A stretch of DNA of 64,000 nucleotides, from NCBI GenBank assembly GCA_902475595.1, contig CABRZT010000002.1:13211-77210 (forward strand). Direction: 5' to 3'. The position numbers and the translations under genes are program-made. The notes under the pieces are model-generated. The model saw only the letters and a list, made by a program, of their open reading frames with translations. It searched no databases and had not been told where the DNA came from. The DNA is from an uncultured Collinsella sp. (lineage in GTDB: Bacteria; Actinomycetota; Coriobacteriia; Coriobacteriales; Coriobacteriaceae). Below, one piece after another: positions 1 through 9,619 of the stretch. Position 1 is the first letter of the stretch. The number at the start of each line of letters is the position of its first letter.

Positions 1-274
1 TGAGCAGGTTCTCAACTGAGCAACGCGCGCCCTTCTTGGTCTTGAACAGGCGATACGCCTCGCGCCATGCCTTAACCGGCGCGTTCTCGCTGATGGTATC
101 GCTTGTCAGGTGACGCTCCGCATCGATATTGGCGCGGTCGAGCAACGCCGCAATCGCATCCACGTCCTCTTGAGGAATCTGAGCCGTGGGCTTCATGCCC
201 TCCACGACCACAACACCGACCGCTGCCTGCGGAAACAGCTCCCAGAATGAATCCTCGGCAATAAAGCTCTTCAT
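1..274 (-). CDS. B3/B4 domain (PheRS editing-like) protein, 3' end runs off window
   Basis: Not in ORF track; hand translation from ATG at 274: MKSFIAEDSFWELFPQAAVGVVVVEG...AWREAYRLFKTKKGARCSVENLL, typical B3/4 N-terminus; SD-like GAAGGGAG upstream. Confidence 0.75.
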   Translation of the reverse strand, partial: MKSFIAEDSFWELFPQAAVGVVVVEGMKPTAQIPQEDVDAIAALLDRANIDAERHLTSDTISENAPVKAWREAYRLFKTKKGARCSVENLL

Positions 275-418
275 ACGCTCTCCCTTCATTGTGCGCGCCC
301 GAGTGAGGGCGCCTAAACAAAAAGCGCCCTCACGACGGCCACCTTCAAAGTCCTACGGTGCCGTCACAAGAACGCTTGCGCTGTCCCCATCCGGAGAAGG
401 GGACGATATGTCAGGCGT

Positions 419-447
419 ATTGTAACCCGAGTCTTCCGCGCGAGCAA
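419..447 (-). promoter_or_regulatory. sigma70-type promoter for the B3/4 gene leader
   Basis: Minus strand TTGCTC-17 nt-TACAAT. Confidence 0.5.
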
Positions 448-449
448 AA

Positions 450-482
450 CCACAACAACGGTGTCTGTCCCCTTTGTGGTGG
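450..482. repeat. Short palindromic repeat family B (CCACCACAAAGGGGACAGGCACCTTTGTGGTGG), degenerate copy
   Basis: Matches copies at 12903-12937 and 25703-25737. Confidence 0.65.
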
Positions 483-501
483 ATATGGACTCGCGGCGAC
501 G

Positions 502-2172
502 CTAGTGACGGAGTCCCAGTAGGCCGCGGCCGCGATGACGGGACTCGGCGGACACCTGGGCGTGCGGGCCGGCGGCCTTGACGGACTCGGGCAGGTGCGA
601 GTACTTCTTCTCGAAGTTCTCCTCGAACATCACCGCCAGGTTGTGCGCGGCCTCGTCATAGCGCGCGGTGCTCTGCCAGTATTGGCGCGGCACCAGGATG
701 CCATCGGGCACGCCGTGGCACGTCGTGGGAATGTCGACGTTAAAGATGTCGTCGTGCACGAACTCGCTGTCCTCGATGGTGCCGTCGAGGGCGCGCGCGA
801 CCAGCGAGCGCGTGTAGGCAAGCTCGATGCGATGGCCCACGCCGTAGCCGCCGCCAATCCAGCCGGTGTTGACCAGGTACACGCGCGTGCGGCCGTCGGC
901 AATGCGCTCGCCAAGCATCTTGGCGTAAACCATGGGGTCGAGCGGCATAAACGGCTCGCCGAACAGCGAAGAGAACGTGGGCGTGGGCTCGGTGACGCCG
1001 ACCTCGGTGCCGGGAATCTTAGCCGTAAAGCCCGTCACAAAGTGGTACATGGCGGCATCGGCCGTCAGGCGTGAGATGGGCGGCAGCACGCCAAAAGCGT
1101 CGCAAGTCAGGAACAGTACGACACTCGGAGTGGTACCCATGCCCTTAGTCCACGCGTTAGGAATGTGCTCCACGGGATAGGCCACGCGCGTGTTGTGCGT
1201 GATCGAGATGTCGTCGTAGTTGGGCTTGCGGTTCTCGTCGAGCACCACGTTTTCGCAGATCGCGCCAAAGCGGACAGCGTTGAAGATCTCGGGCTCGTGG
1301 AAGGCGTCCAGGCCCTCGCATTTGGCGTAGCAGCCGCCCTCGATGTTGAAGATGCCCATGTCGGACCAGCCGTGCTCGTCGTCGCCGATCAGCAGGCGCG
1401 TGGGATTGGCCGAAAGCGTGGTCTTGCCGGTGCCGGACAGGCCAAAGAACACGGCGGTCTCGTGCGTGACGGGATCCATGCTGGCCGAGCAGTGCATGGG
1501 CAGCACGTCGTCCTCGACGGGCAGTAGATAGTTCATGACGCTAAAGATCGACTTTTTAATCTCGCCGGAGTAGCCGGTGCCGGCGACCAGAATCACGCGT
1601 TCCTGGAAGTTGATGACCACCGCGGCGCTGGAGTTGAGGCCCTTGATGGCGGGGTCGCACTGGTAACCGGGCGCTGCGAGCACGCAGAAGTCGGGCTCGC
1701 CGGTGCGCGCGATTTCGCGGGCAAGCGGTCGGGCGAGCATCTGCTTGATAAAGAGTGCCTGGCTGGCACGCTCGCAGGCAACGAGCAGTCGACGCGTGTG
1801 GTTGCGGTCGGCGCCTGCCATGCCGCGGGTGACGAACACGTCGCGCTCGTTGAGATAGTCGACGATGCCGGCCTTGATGGCCTCATAGCTCTCGACGGAC
1901 AGCGGGCGGTTGACCGCGCCCCAGGCAATCTTGTCGTGAACATCGGGGGTGTCAACGATAAAGCGATCGTTGGGTGAACGGCCGGTGCGCTCCCCCGTCT
2001 CAATCACCAGCGCGCCGTTGGATGCCATGCGGCCTTCTTCGCGGCGGATGGCGTGCTCGACGAGCTCCGCGGCGGGAAGATCGACCAGCAGGCGGGGCTG
2101 ATTCTCGGCGGGATCTTCGACCAGCGTAATACCAAAGTTGGACAAAACTTCTGCAGGGGTAACACCAGGCAT
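502..2172 (-). CDS. pckA: Phosphoenolpyruvate carboxykinase (ATP)
   Basis: FFGLSGTGKTTLS P-loop, IGDDEHGW, NIEGGCYAK motifs; start moved to MPGVT with AAAGGAGG RBS. Confidence 0.95.
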   Translation of the reverse strand: MPGVTPAEVLSNFGITLVEDPAENQPRLLVDLPAAELVEHAIRREEGRMASNGALVIETGERTGRSPNDRFIVDTPDVHDKIAWGAVNRPLSVESYEAIKAGIVDYLNERDVFVTRGMAGADRNHTRRLLVACERASQALFIKQMLARPLAREIARTGEPDFCVLAAPGYQCDPAIKGLNSSAAVVINFQERVILVAGTGYSGEIKKSIFSVMNYLLPVEDDVLPMHCSASMDPVTHETAVFFGLSGTGKTTLSANPTRLLIGDDEHGWSDMGIFNIEGGCYAKCEGLDAFHEPEIFNAVRFGAICENVVLDENRKPNYDDISITHNTRVAYPVEHIPNAWTKGMGTTPSVVLFLTCDAFGVLPPISRLTADAAMYHFVTGFTAKIPGTEVGVTEPTPTFSSLFGEPFMPLDPMVYAKMLGERIADGRTRVYLVNTGWIGGGYGVGHRIELAYTRSLVARALDGTIEDSEFVHDDIFNVDIPTTCHGVPDGILVPRQYWQSTARYDEAAHNLAVMFEENFEKKYSHLPESVKAAGPHAQVSAESRHRGRGLLGLRH

Positions 2173-2313
2173 GAGGCCTCCTTTAAAAACGCGACACGTG
2201 GACGCGGCGCGCACTTTACTCACGTAAAGCCCGTTGTACCCGATATGCACAAACGTTTTTGCGGCAAGGGCGGCAAGCCCGCCCAACGGTCAAAAATCGC
2301 AGACAAGCGGCCC

Positions 2314-2450
2314 AGTCATTGGGGACGTTCTTAAACGACTAGTCGTTGGGGACACTCTTGAACAGGCAACATTCAAGGAGTGTCCTCGGATGCCGGCACT
2401 TAGGGACGTTCCCAAAGTGCCGGCACATAAGGAACGTCCCTAAGTGCCGA
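2314..2450. repeat. REP/REPIN-like family A cluster
   Basis: GTCATTGGGGACGTTCTTAAACGACTAGTC plus GGGAC/GTCCC-GTGCCGGCAC subunits; also at 29710, 35447, 38809. Confidence 0.85.
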
Positions 2451-2500
2451 CTGCTGAATGGCGCCGCCGAAATTATTGAACAACCTGTTCAAAAACACGA

Positions 2501-4132
2501 ATGGATACCACCGCGACTATACTAGAGCGCAGCAATAGAAAGGACCCCGCTTTGAGCATCACGCCCCTCGATAGCATTCGCCGCGCCATCGCCCGCCGCA
2601 ATGGCGTCGCCGACTCCGCCGTAGCGGGCAGCGGCACCGCAAGGGCCCAGGGCGGCCGCATCGAGAACGGCCTCTTCCCTGCCTCCCACACGGCCGAAGA
2701 GCTCGCACGCATCCAGGAGCTGAGTCAGCGCAACGCCGGCGGACCCGATAGCAGCCAAGCCACACGTCGCCGGCGCGAACGCGATCGGGAGCCCGGCCCC
2801 GTCCGCCGCATGGTCAACGCTTGGTGGAACCGTCTGCTCGGCGCCGTCTACGGCGGCGGCTTCTCCATGCAGGAAGCGGAAAACGAGGAGCACGCCACCA
2901 GCCGCGACTATCTTTGGAACACCCTCGGCACCGCCGTGTGGGGCCTGGCGTTTCCGTTGCTCACCATCGTGTCTACGCAGCTCGTGGGCGCCGAAGAAGC
3001 AGGCAAATTCTCCATCGCCTTTGTCACCGGCACGCTCATCATGATCGCGTGCAACTACGGCGTGCGCAATTTCCAGGTCTCAGACATCGACGAAAAGACG
3101 TCCTTTGCCTCCTACCAGCTCAACCGCTGGCTTTGTGGAGCGCTCGCCCTAGGCTGCGGCCTCATGTACAGCAGCGCCCGCGGCTATGATGCGCAGATGG
3201 CGACGATCGGCCTGGGCGTCTACCTGTATAAGGTCATCGACGGCGTCGCCGACGTGTACGAAGGCCGCCTGCAGCAGGCCGACAAACTCTACTTGGCTGG
3301 AATGAGCCAAACGCTACGCTCCGTCGGCGTCATCGCGGTCTTCAGCGTGGCGCTGTTCCTCACGCGCAGCATGCCCATCGCGACCATGGCCATGGGTGTC
3401 ACCGCGATCGCCTCGCTCGTGCTGGTCACCGCGCCGCTCGCCCTGCTCGAGACCGAAAAATCGCGCCGCGTGAGCCTGCGCGAGGTCGGCCACCTGTTTG
3501 TCCAGTGCGCCCCGCTCTTTGGTGCACTGTTCCTGTTCAACCTAATTGAGAGCATGCCCAAGTTTGTGATGGAAGGCACGCTGGCATACAAATATCAGCT
3601 GTACTTTAATGCCCTGTTCTTTCCGGCGCAGGCTATTTTGCTGAGCATTGGATTTATCTATAAACCGCAGCTCCTGCGCTTGTCGAGCATTTGGGCTAAT
3701 CCTCGCAAGCGTCATCGCTTTGACCTGATTATTGTTGCCGTTATGGCGCTGATCGTGGTCATCACCGGCGTGTGCGCCGCATTTATGGCAGGTCCCGGTA
3801 TTCCCCTCATGAGCTTTATGTACGGCCTCAGCTTTGAGCGCTACCGTACGCTGGCGTTGCTGATGGTCGTCGCCGGCGGCGTCACCGCGGCCATCGACTT
3901 TATCTACGCCATCATCACGGTGCTGCGCCATGCCGGCGACGTCACCAAGATCTACCTGATTTGCTTCGCCGTAAGCGTGGTGCTGCCGGTGATCCTGATT
4001 AAGCTGCTGGGTCTGATGGGCGCTGTGGTGAGCTACCTAGCCATCATGGTCCTACTCCTGGTGCTGCTGATAATCGAGTACGCCAACATCCGCCAACGCA
4101 TCGAACGCGACCGCAACCCATACGGCGCCTAA
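2501..4132 (+). CDS. Polysaccharide flippase-like (Wzx/MOP) membrane protein with soluble N-terminal extension
   Basis: About 12 hydrophobic segments; YGVRNFQVSD and DVYEGRLQQ motifs of polysaccharide biosynthesis exporters. Confidence 0.7.
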   Translation: MDTTATILERSNRKDPALSITPLDSIRRAIARRNGVADSAVAGSGTARAQGGRIENGLFPASHTAEELARIQELSQRNAGGPDSSQATRRRRERDREPGPVRRMVNAWWNRLLGAVYGGGFSMQEAENEEHATSRDYLWNTLGTAVWGLAFPLLTIVSTQLVGAEEAGKFSIAFVTGTLIMIACNYGVRNFQVSDIDEKTSFASYQLNRWLCGALALGCGLMYSSARGYDAQMATIGLGVYLYKVIDGVADVYEGRLQQADKLYLAGMSQTLRSVGVIAVFSVALFLTRSMPIATMAMGVTAIASLVLVTAPLALLETEKSRRVSLREVGHLFVQCAPLFGALFLFNLIESMPKFVMEGTLAYKYQLYFNALFFPAQAILLSIGFIYKPQLLRLSSIWANPRKRHRFDLIIVAVMALIVVITGVCAAFMAGPGIPLMSFMYGLSFERYRTLALLMVVAGGVTAAIDFIYAIITVLRHAGDVTKIYLICFAVSVVLPVILIKLLGLMGAVVSYLAIMVLLLVLLIIEYANIRQRIERDRNPYGA

Positions 4133-4163
4133 TTGCAGCGATGGGGGTAGCTAATTTGGGACA

Positions 4164-5003
4164 TCATTCGCCCGGGTTGATGTTCGCGTAGAACTCCGCC
4201 CCGTCGTCCAGGCGCAGGATGCCCACTCGACCGAACTCGGAGCCGGTGGCGGCAGCGCAGTCGATGTCGATGCGATCGGGCACGCCGGCAGTGTCCTCGC
4301 CGCCCAGGCGCACGATCTGCCCTCCTCCCGATTCCTCATCGAGCCCCGCCAGACCACCGACCTCGCAATAGCGCCCAAGCGATACCGTGGGCGTGTGACC
4401 GCTCACCACGACCGGGCCCTTGCCCTCGGCAGAAAGCAGCCCGGTTGGCACATCCCAATAGCCATGACGAATCCACAGCAGGTCATCGGACGACTGCACC
4501 GCGAGCATCTGCTGCAGCAGCTCGCGATCGGCACCCACCGCTCCAACGCCATCGGCACAATCGACGCCATGCTCAAGCAAAAACGCGCGCGCCGCCTTCA
4601 TCTCGATTCCAGCATGTACCAGCAGATACGGGCGCTCCTCGGTCTCGACCACTGCGTAGAGCGGCAGCGCGGCCATCCATCGCACGAGCTCCTCGTATGC
4701 CTCAAATTCCATGTCGTTGAGCTGCTCGCGCGTCGTCCAACCACCGTTGATATCCCAGGTCTCGGCATCGAGCGGATCCTGGCCAATGATGGCATCGAGC
4801 ATGATCTGCTCGTGATTACCCTTGAGCACGTGGGCGTTGGGCAGCGAGCGCACGAGCTTAATAACGCCGACCGGATCGGGCCCGCGATCGATCATGTCGC
4901 CCAGCACGTACAGCGTGTCGTCGGACGTCAACGAGATCTTAGACAGGGCTTCGTCAAGCGCACGCACGTGCCCGTGAGCATCAGATGTCACATAGATCGC
5001 CAT
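4164..5003 (-). CDS. Metallophosphoesterase (PPP/Ser-Thr phosphatase-like)
   Basis: SDAHG, GDMIDRGPD, KGNHE, VHAG, SGHTP motifs. Confidence 0.9.
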   Translation of the reverse strand: MAIYVTSDAHGHVRALDEALSKISLTSDDTLYVLGDMIDRGPDPVGVIKLVRSLPNAHVLKGNHEQIMLDAIIGQDPLDAETWDINGGWTTREQLNDMEFEAYEELVRWMAALPLYAVVETEERPYLLVHAGIEMKAARAFLLEHGVDCADGVGAVGADRELLQQMLAVQSSDDLLWIRHGYWDVPTGLLSAEGKGPVVVSGHTPTVSLGRYCEVGGLAGLDEESGGGQIVRLGGEDTAGVPDRIDIDCAAATGSEFGRVGILRLDDGAEFYANINPGE

Positions 5004-5256
5004 GGTACGCCTCTCCTTGCATTGCGGCCGAAGCCCGGCGCCGCAACTAAAACTTCAAGTTGAACTTAAACGTTACCCATTGTACTCCGTTGCAATAAAG
5101 CTGGAAAGGGTTTCCGAGCAGAGGCAAAGACGGCAGCCGTCTATGACGATATCGCGGACGCCCGCAATCCAACCCCATAAACCCACCATCTTTGGGTACA
5201 AATAACCGCAGGCAACTGACCGTGCCACGCCAACCAACCAGGAGCGGACACCATCC

Positions 5257-6858
5257 ATGAACCAGATCCTTCTCTTTATCGGCCTCGTCATCATTCTGTG
5301 TCTGACCATCAAACCCGTCGGCAAAAAGCTCCCCTTCCCCACCCTGCTCATCTTTATCGCGCTCGGCATGCTGTTGGGCGTCAACGGCCCGGCGCATATC
5401 GACTTTAGCGACTATGCGCTCACCGAAACCGTCTGCAGCACGGCGCTGCTGTTCATCATGTTCTACGGCGGCTTTAACACCAATATCGACCGTGCCAAAC
5501 CCGTCGCTGTGCCGGCGGTGCTGCTGAGCACGCTCGGCGTCGTCATCACTGCCGGCATCACCGGCGTGTTCGCCCACTTCGCGCTGGGGTTCGACTGGAT
5601 CGACGGCCTGCTGTTGGGATCGGTCGTGGCATCCACCGACGCGGCCAGCGTCTTTAGCGTGCTGCGCGAGCACAACCTTTCGCTGAAGGGCGGCACCGAC
5701 TCGCTGCTCGAGGTCGAATCGGGCTCCAACGACCCCGTCGCCTACATGCTCACCGCCGTGCTCGCCGCACTCGCGGCCGGCGGCGACATCAACATTCCCG
5801 CACTGCTGGCCAAGCAGATTATCCTGGGCGCGGGCCTGGGCCTTGCCATCGGCTGGGCGGCGGGCCGTCTGATTGAACGCGCGCACGCAACGGCCGAGGG
5901 CGCGCAGACCATCTTCTTGTTCGCCGTGGCGATCGTCGCCTACGCGCTACCAAGCTATCTGGGCGGCAACGGCTTTTTGGCCGTATACCTGGCCGGCATT
6001 GTGCTAGGTGCGAGCGACATCACCGGCAAGGTCGAGATGGCGCACTTCTTTGACACCCTCACCGAGATGGCCGAGATGACGATCTTCTTCTTGCTCGGCC
6101 TGCTCGTCACGCCCGCACGCCTACCACAGATGCTGCTGCCGGGCCTGGCGCTCATGGCGTTTATGCTCTACGTGAGCCGCCCCATCGCCGTCGGCGTGCT
6201 CCTGGCGCCCTTTAAGACGAACCCCCGCCAGGTCGCGCTCGTAAGCTGGGCGGGCCTGCGCGGAGCAGCTTCGGTCGTGTTTAGCCTCTTTGCCGTGGTG
6301 GCCGGCGTTCCCGGCGGACACGACCTGTTTGACCTGGTGTTTGTGATTGCCGTGTCGAGCATTGTGGTGCAGGGCTCGCTGCTGCCGGCGGTGGCGAAGA
6401 AGCTCGATATGATCGATGCGACCGGCGACGTGCGCCGCACCTTTAACGACTACCGCGACGAGGACGGCATGTCGTTTGTAAAGCTCAAGGTGTGCGCTGG
6501 ACATCCGTTTGCCGGACGCTCGCTCGCGGACATTGGCAGCGCCACAAATATGCTCGTGGTCCTGGTGCTGCGCGACGGGGCGCACCCGGTACTGCCCAAT
6601 GGCGACACCGTGATCCAGGAAGGCGATCTGCTGGTGATGGCCGCGCCGACGTTTGAAGAGCGTACCGAAGTTACGCTGCGCGAGGTCACCGTGACTCCCC
6701 ACGGTCGCCTGGCCGGCCAGCGCCTGTGCGATGTGCCGCAAGGCAAACATCCGTTTATTGTGGTGATGCTCAAGCGCGAAGGCCAAACGATCATCCCCGA
6801 CGGCAACACCCTAATATACGCCGGCGACGAAGCCGTCATCGCCACGCTAGCATCGTAG
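5257..6858 (+). CDS. K+/H+ antiporter (NhaP2/CvrA type) with two TrkA-C domains
   Basis: STDAASVF, ESGSNDP, WAGLRGAAS motifs; C-terminal RCK_C repeats. Confidence 0.9.
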   Translation: MNQILLFIGLVIILCLTIKPVGKKLPFPTLLIFIALGMLLGVNGPAHIDFSDYALTETVCSTALLFIMFYGGFNTNIDRAKPVAVPAVLLSTLGVVITAGITGVFAHFALGFDWIDGLLLGSVVASTDAASVFSVLREHNLSLKGGTDSLLEVESGSNDPVAYMLTAVLAALAAGGDINIPALLAKQIILGAGLGLAIGWAAGRLIERAHATAEGAQTIFLFAVAIVAYALPSYLGGNGFLAVYLAGIVLGASDITGKVEMAHFFDTLTEMAEMTIFFLLGLLVTPARLPQMLLPGLALMAFMLYVSRPIAVGVLLAPFKTNPRQVALVSWAGLRGAASVVFSLFAVVAGVPGGHDLFDLVFVIAVSSIVVQGSLLPAVAKKLDMIDATGDVRRTFNDYRDEDGMSFVKLKVCAGHPFAGRSLADIGSATNMLVVLVLRDGAHPVLPNGDTVIQEGDLLVMAAPTFEERTEVTLREVTVTPHGRLAGQRLCDVPQGKHPFIVVMLKREGQTIIPDGNTLIYAGDEAVIATLAS

Positions 6859-7084
6859 TGACTAGGAGGTAGCTACTTTAGGACGAAGAGATCAAGCGCC
6901 TAGGAACCTCATGTCTTCGCTCGCAGATTTGGATTTGCCTGAGGAGTAAAGCACCCCTCCCCCATGTAACCATCCTGTAAATCATAGCGACGCACTCGAG
7001 TTTTACCGTGATGCGGTCGCGCCTGGCGCTCCACTGTGCTAAAGTAACCCGAACGTCCAAACGACTACAAGGGGGAACTAGAAG

Positions 7085-8209
7085 ATGGCACGTGTGCACA
7101 ACTTCTCAGCTGGCCCGGCAGCGCTGCCCACAAGCGTGCTCGCCGAGATCGCCGACGAGATGATGGACTACCGCGGTTGCGGCATGTCCGTGCTCGAGAT
7201 GAGCCATCGATCTAGCATGTACCAGCAGATCATCGACGACGCCGAGGCAACCCTGCGTCGCCTGCTGAGCATCCCCGACAACTACCGTGTCCTGTTTTTG
7301 CAGGGCGGCGCCACGCTGCAGTTTGCGGGCATCCCCATGAACCTCATGCGCCGCGGCCGCGCCGGCTACATCGTGACCGGCAACTTTGCCAACAAGGCAT
7401 ACAAGGAGGCCGCCAAGTACGGCGAGGCCGTGCTGCTCGCGAGCTCCGAGGACACCAACTTCGACCGCATCCCCGACATGGCCGACATCAACGCGCGCAT
7501 TGCCGCCGAGGCCGCGAGCGACGGGCTCGACTACGTTTACATCTGCCAGAACAACACCATCTTTGGCACCATGTACCACGAGCTGCCCGCTTGCGGCGAC
7601 GTACCGCTGGTCGCAGATGTCTCGAGCTGCTTTCTGTCGCAGCCGCTCGATGTTGAGCGCTACGGGCTCATCTACGCCGGCGCGCAGAAAAACGCCGGCG
7701 CCGCGGGCGTGACCGTGGTTATCGTGCGCGACGACCTCATCGCCGACGGCCCCGCCTTTGCGCGGGCGCCGCAGTACATGGACCTTAAGACCCAGGCCGC
7801 CAAGGGCTCCATGCTCAACACGCCCAACACCTTTGGCATCTACGTGTGCGGCAAGGTGTTCCGGTGGGTCGAGGAGACCGGCGGACTTGCCGCCATGGCC
7901 GAGCGCAACTGGGCCAAGGCCAACCTGCTCTATGACCTGCTCGAGCACAGTGTGCTGTTCCATGGCACCACGCAGGCCGACAGCCGCTCCATCGCCAACG
8001 TCACCTTCCGCACCGGCGACGCCGAACTCGACGCGGCCTTTGTCGCAGGCGCGGCCGAGCACCAGATTCAAAACGTCAAGGGCCATCGTCTGGTAGGCGG
8101 CATGCGCGCCAGCGTCTACAACGCCGTAACCATGGAAGACGTGCAGGCACTGGCCTCGTACATGAAGGACTTCGAAACGCAGCGTAGTTTGAGCCCGCGA
8201 TCTAACTAG
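7085..8209 (+). CDS. serC: Phosphoserine aminotransferase
   Basis: NFSAGPA, EMSHRS, AGAQKN (PLP lysine), GHRLVGGMRAS. Confidence 0.95.
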   Translation: MARVHNFSAGPAALPTSVLAEIADEMMDYRGCGMSVLEMSHRSSMYQQIIDDAEATLRRLLSIPDNYRVLFLQGGATLQFAGIPMNLMRRGRAGYIVTGNFANKAYKEAAKYGEAVLLASSEDTNFDRIPDMADINARIAAEAASDGLDYVYICQNNTIFGTMYHELPACGDVPLVADVSSCFLSQPLDVERYGLIYAGAQKNAGAAGVTVVIVRDDLIADGPAFARAPQYMDLKTQAAKGSMLNTPNTFGIYVCGKVFRWVEETGGLAAMAERNWAKANLLYDLLEHSVLFHGTTQADSRSIANVTFRTGDAELDAAFVAGAAEHQIQNVKGHRLVGGMRASVYNAVTMEDVQALASYMKDFETQRSLSPRSN

Positions 8210-8278
8210 CCCGCAACGCGCGGGCCGACCAGCCACTTCAAACCACCTGTTTAAACCAAACCTGCTAAGGAGTTTTTC

Positions 8279-9442
8279 ATGCGCAAGATTAAGACCATCG
8301 ACAACATCACCAAGGACGGCAAAGTCGAGTTTGGCGAGGGCTACGAATTTGTGAGCACCGCCGAGGAGGCCGACGCCATCCTGATGCGCTCGACTGACCT
8401 GCACGGCTACGAGCTGCCCGAGGGCATCCGCGCCATCGCCCGCTGCGGCGCCGGCGTCAACAACATCCCCGTCGAGGAGTACGCCAAGAAGGGCGTCGTC
8501 GTCTTTAACTCCCCCGGTGCCAACAGCAACGCCGTTAAGGAGCTCGTCCTAGGCATGCTGGTGCTCTCGAGCCGCGGCGTGGTGCAATCGATGAACTGGG
8601 TGCGCGACAACGCCGACGACCCCGAGATCCAGGTCGACGCCGAGAAGGCCAAGAAGGCCTTTGTGGGCCGCGAGCTCAAGGGCAAGCGCATCGGCGTCAT
8701 CGGTCTGGGCAACGTAGGCTCCAAGGTCGCCAACGCCTGCGTCAATCTGGGCATGGACGTCTACGGCTACGATCCGTTCATTTCCGTTGAGCACGCGTGG
8801 GTGCTGAGCCGCGAGGTGCAGCGCGTGGGCACGCTCGAAGATCTCTGCCGCGGCTGTGATTACCTCACGGTGCACGTGCCCAGCAAGGCCGACACCATCG
8901 GCATGATCAGCACCGAGCAGATCAACCTGCTGGCCCCGGACGCCGTGCTCATCAACTACGCACGCGAGACCATCATTGACGAGGACGCCGTTGACGCCGC
9001 CCTGCGCGAGGGCAAGCTGAGCTGGTTTAGCTGCGATTTTGCCACGCCCAAGACCGTCAAGATGCCCAACACGTTTATCACCACGCACTCGGGCGCCGGC
9101 ACTGGCGAGGCCGAGGCCAACTGCGCCGACATGGCCATCAGCGAGCTTAAGGATTACCTGGAGAACGGCAACATCGCGCACAGCGTCAACTACCCCGCCT
9201 GCAGCATGGGCAAGGCGCGCGCCGCAAGCCGCATCGCCTGCCTGCACGCCAACGTGCCCAACATGATCGGTCAGATCACGGCAATCCTGGCCAAGGACAA
9301 TGCCAACGTGCAGCGTATGACCAACGAGTCTGCCGGCGAGAACGCCTACACCATGTTCGACACCGACGAGCACCTGGACAGCAGCACCATCGAGGCGCTC
9401 AAGCAGATTCCGTCGATGTATCGCGTGCGCGTGATCAAATAG
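8279..9442 (+). CDS. serA: D-3-phosphoglycerate dehydrogenase with ACT domain
   Basis: GAGVNNIP, GLGNVG Rossmann motif, C-terminal ACT domain; follows serC. Confidence 0.9.
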   Translation: MRKIKTIDNITKDGKVEFGEGYEFVSTAEEADAILMRSTDLHGYELPEGIRAIARCGAGVNNIPVEEYAKKGVVVFNSPGANSNAVKELVLGMLVLSSRGVVQSMNWVRDNADDPEIQVDAEKAKKAFVGRELKGKRIGVIGLGNVGSKVANACVNLGMDVYGYDPFISVEHAWVLSREVQRVGTLEDLCRGCDYLTVHVPSKADTIGMISTEQINLLAPDAVLINYARETIIDEDAVDAALREGKLSWFSCDFATPKTVKMPNTFITTHSGAGTGEAEANCADMAISELKDYLENGNIAHSVNYPACSMGKARAASRIACLHANVPNMIGQITAILAKDNANVQRMTNESAGENAYTMFDTDEHLDSSTIEALKQIPSMYRVRVIK

Positions 9443-9504
9443 CGCCGGCTGATCTGACGGGCAGTTCCCCATGTGGCCTGCCCGTTACTGACATTGAATG
9501 CCCG

Positions 9505-9542
9505 CGGGGGCGCCTTTCGCACGAGAGGCGCCCCCGTTTTTG
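9505..9542 (+). terminator. Intrinsic terminator after serA
   Basis: CGGGGGCGCCT...AGGCGCCCCCG followed by TTTTT. Confidence 0.7.
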
Positions 9543-9619
9543 TGAGCGCTCCATTAAATGCACCGAGCCGCTTCTTGACATACAATTTGTATGTTGACCT
9601 AACTATCTGTGAGGTGCCT

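Noticed and set aside
2314..2450. Clustered GGGGAC repeats as a possible CRISPR array
   Set aside because: Units are inverted, irregularly spaced and lack unique constant-length spacers; no cas genes in the window.
6860..6965. Glycine riboswitch-like CTCAGGCAAA upstream of serC
   Set aside because: Motif is on the wrong strand and other conserved elements are absent.
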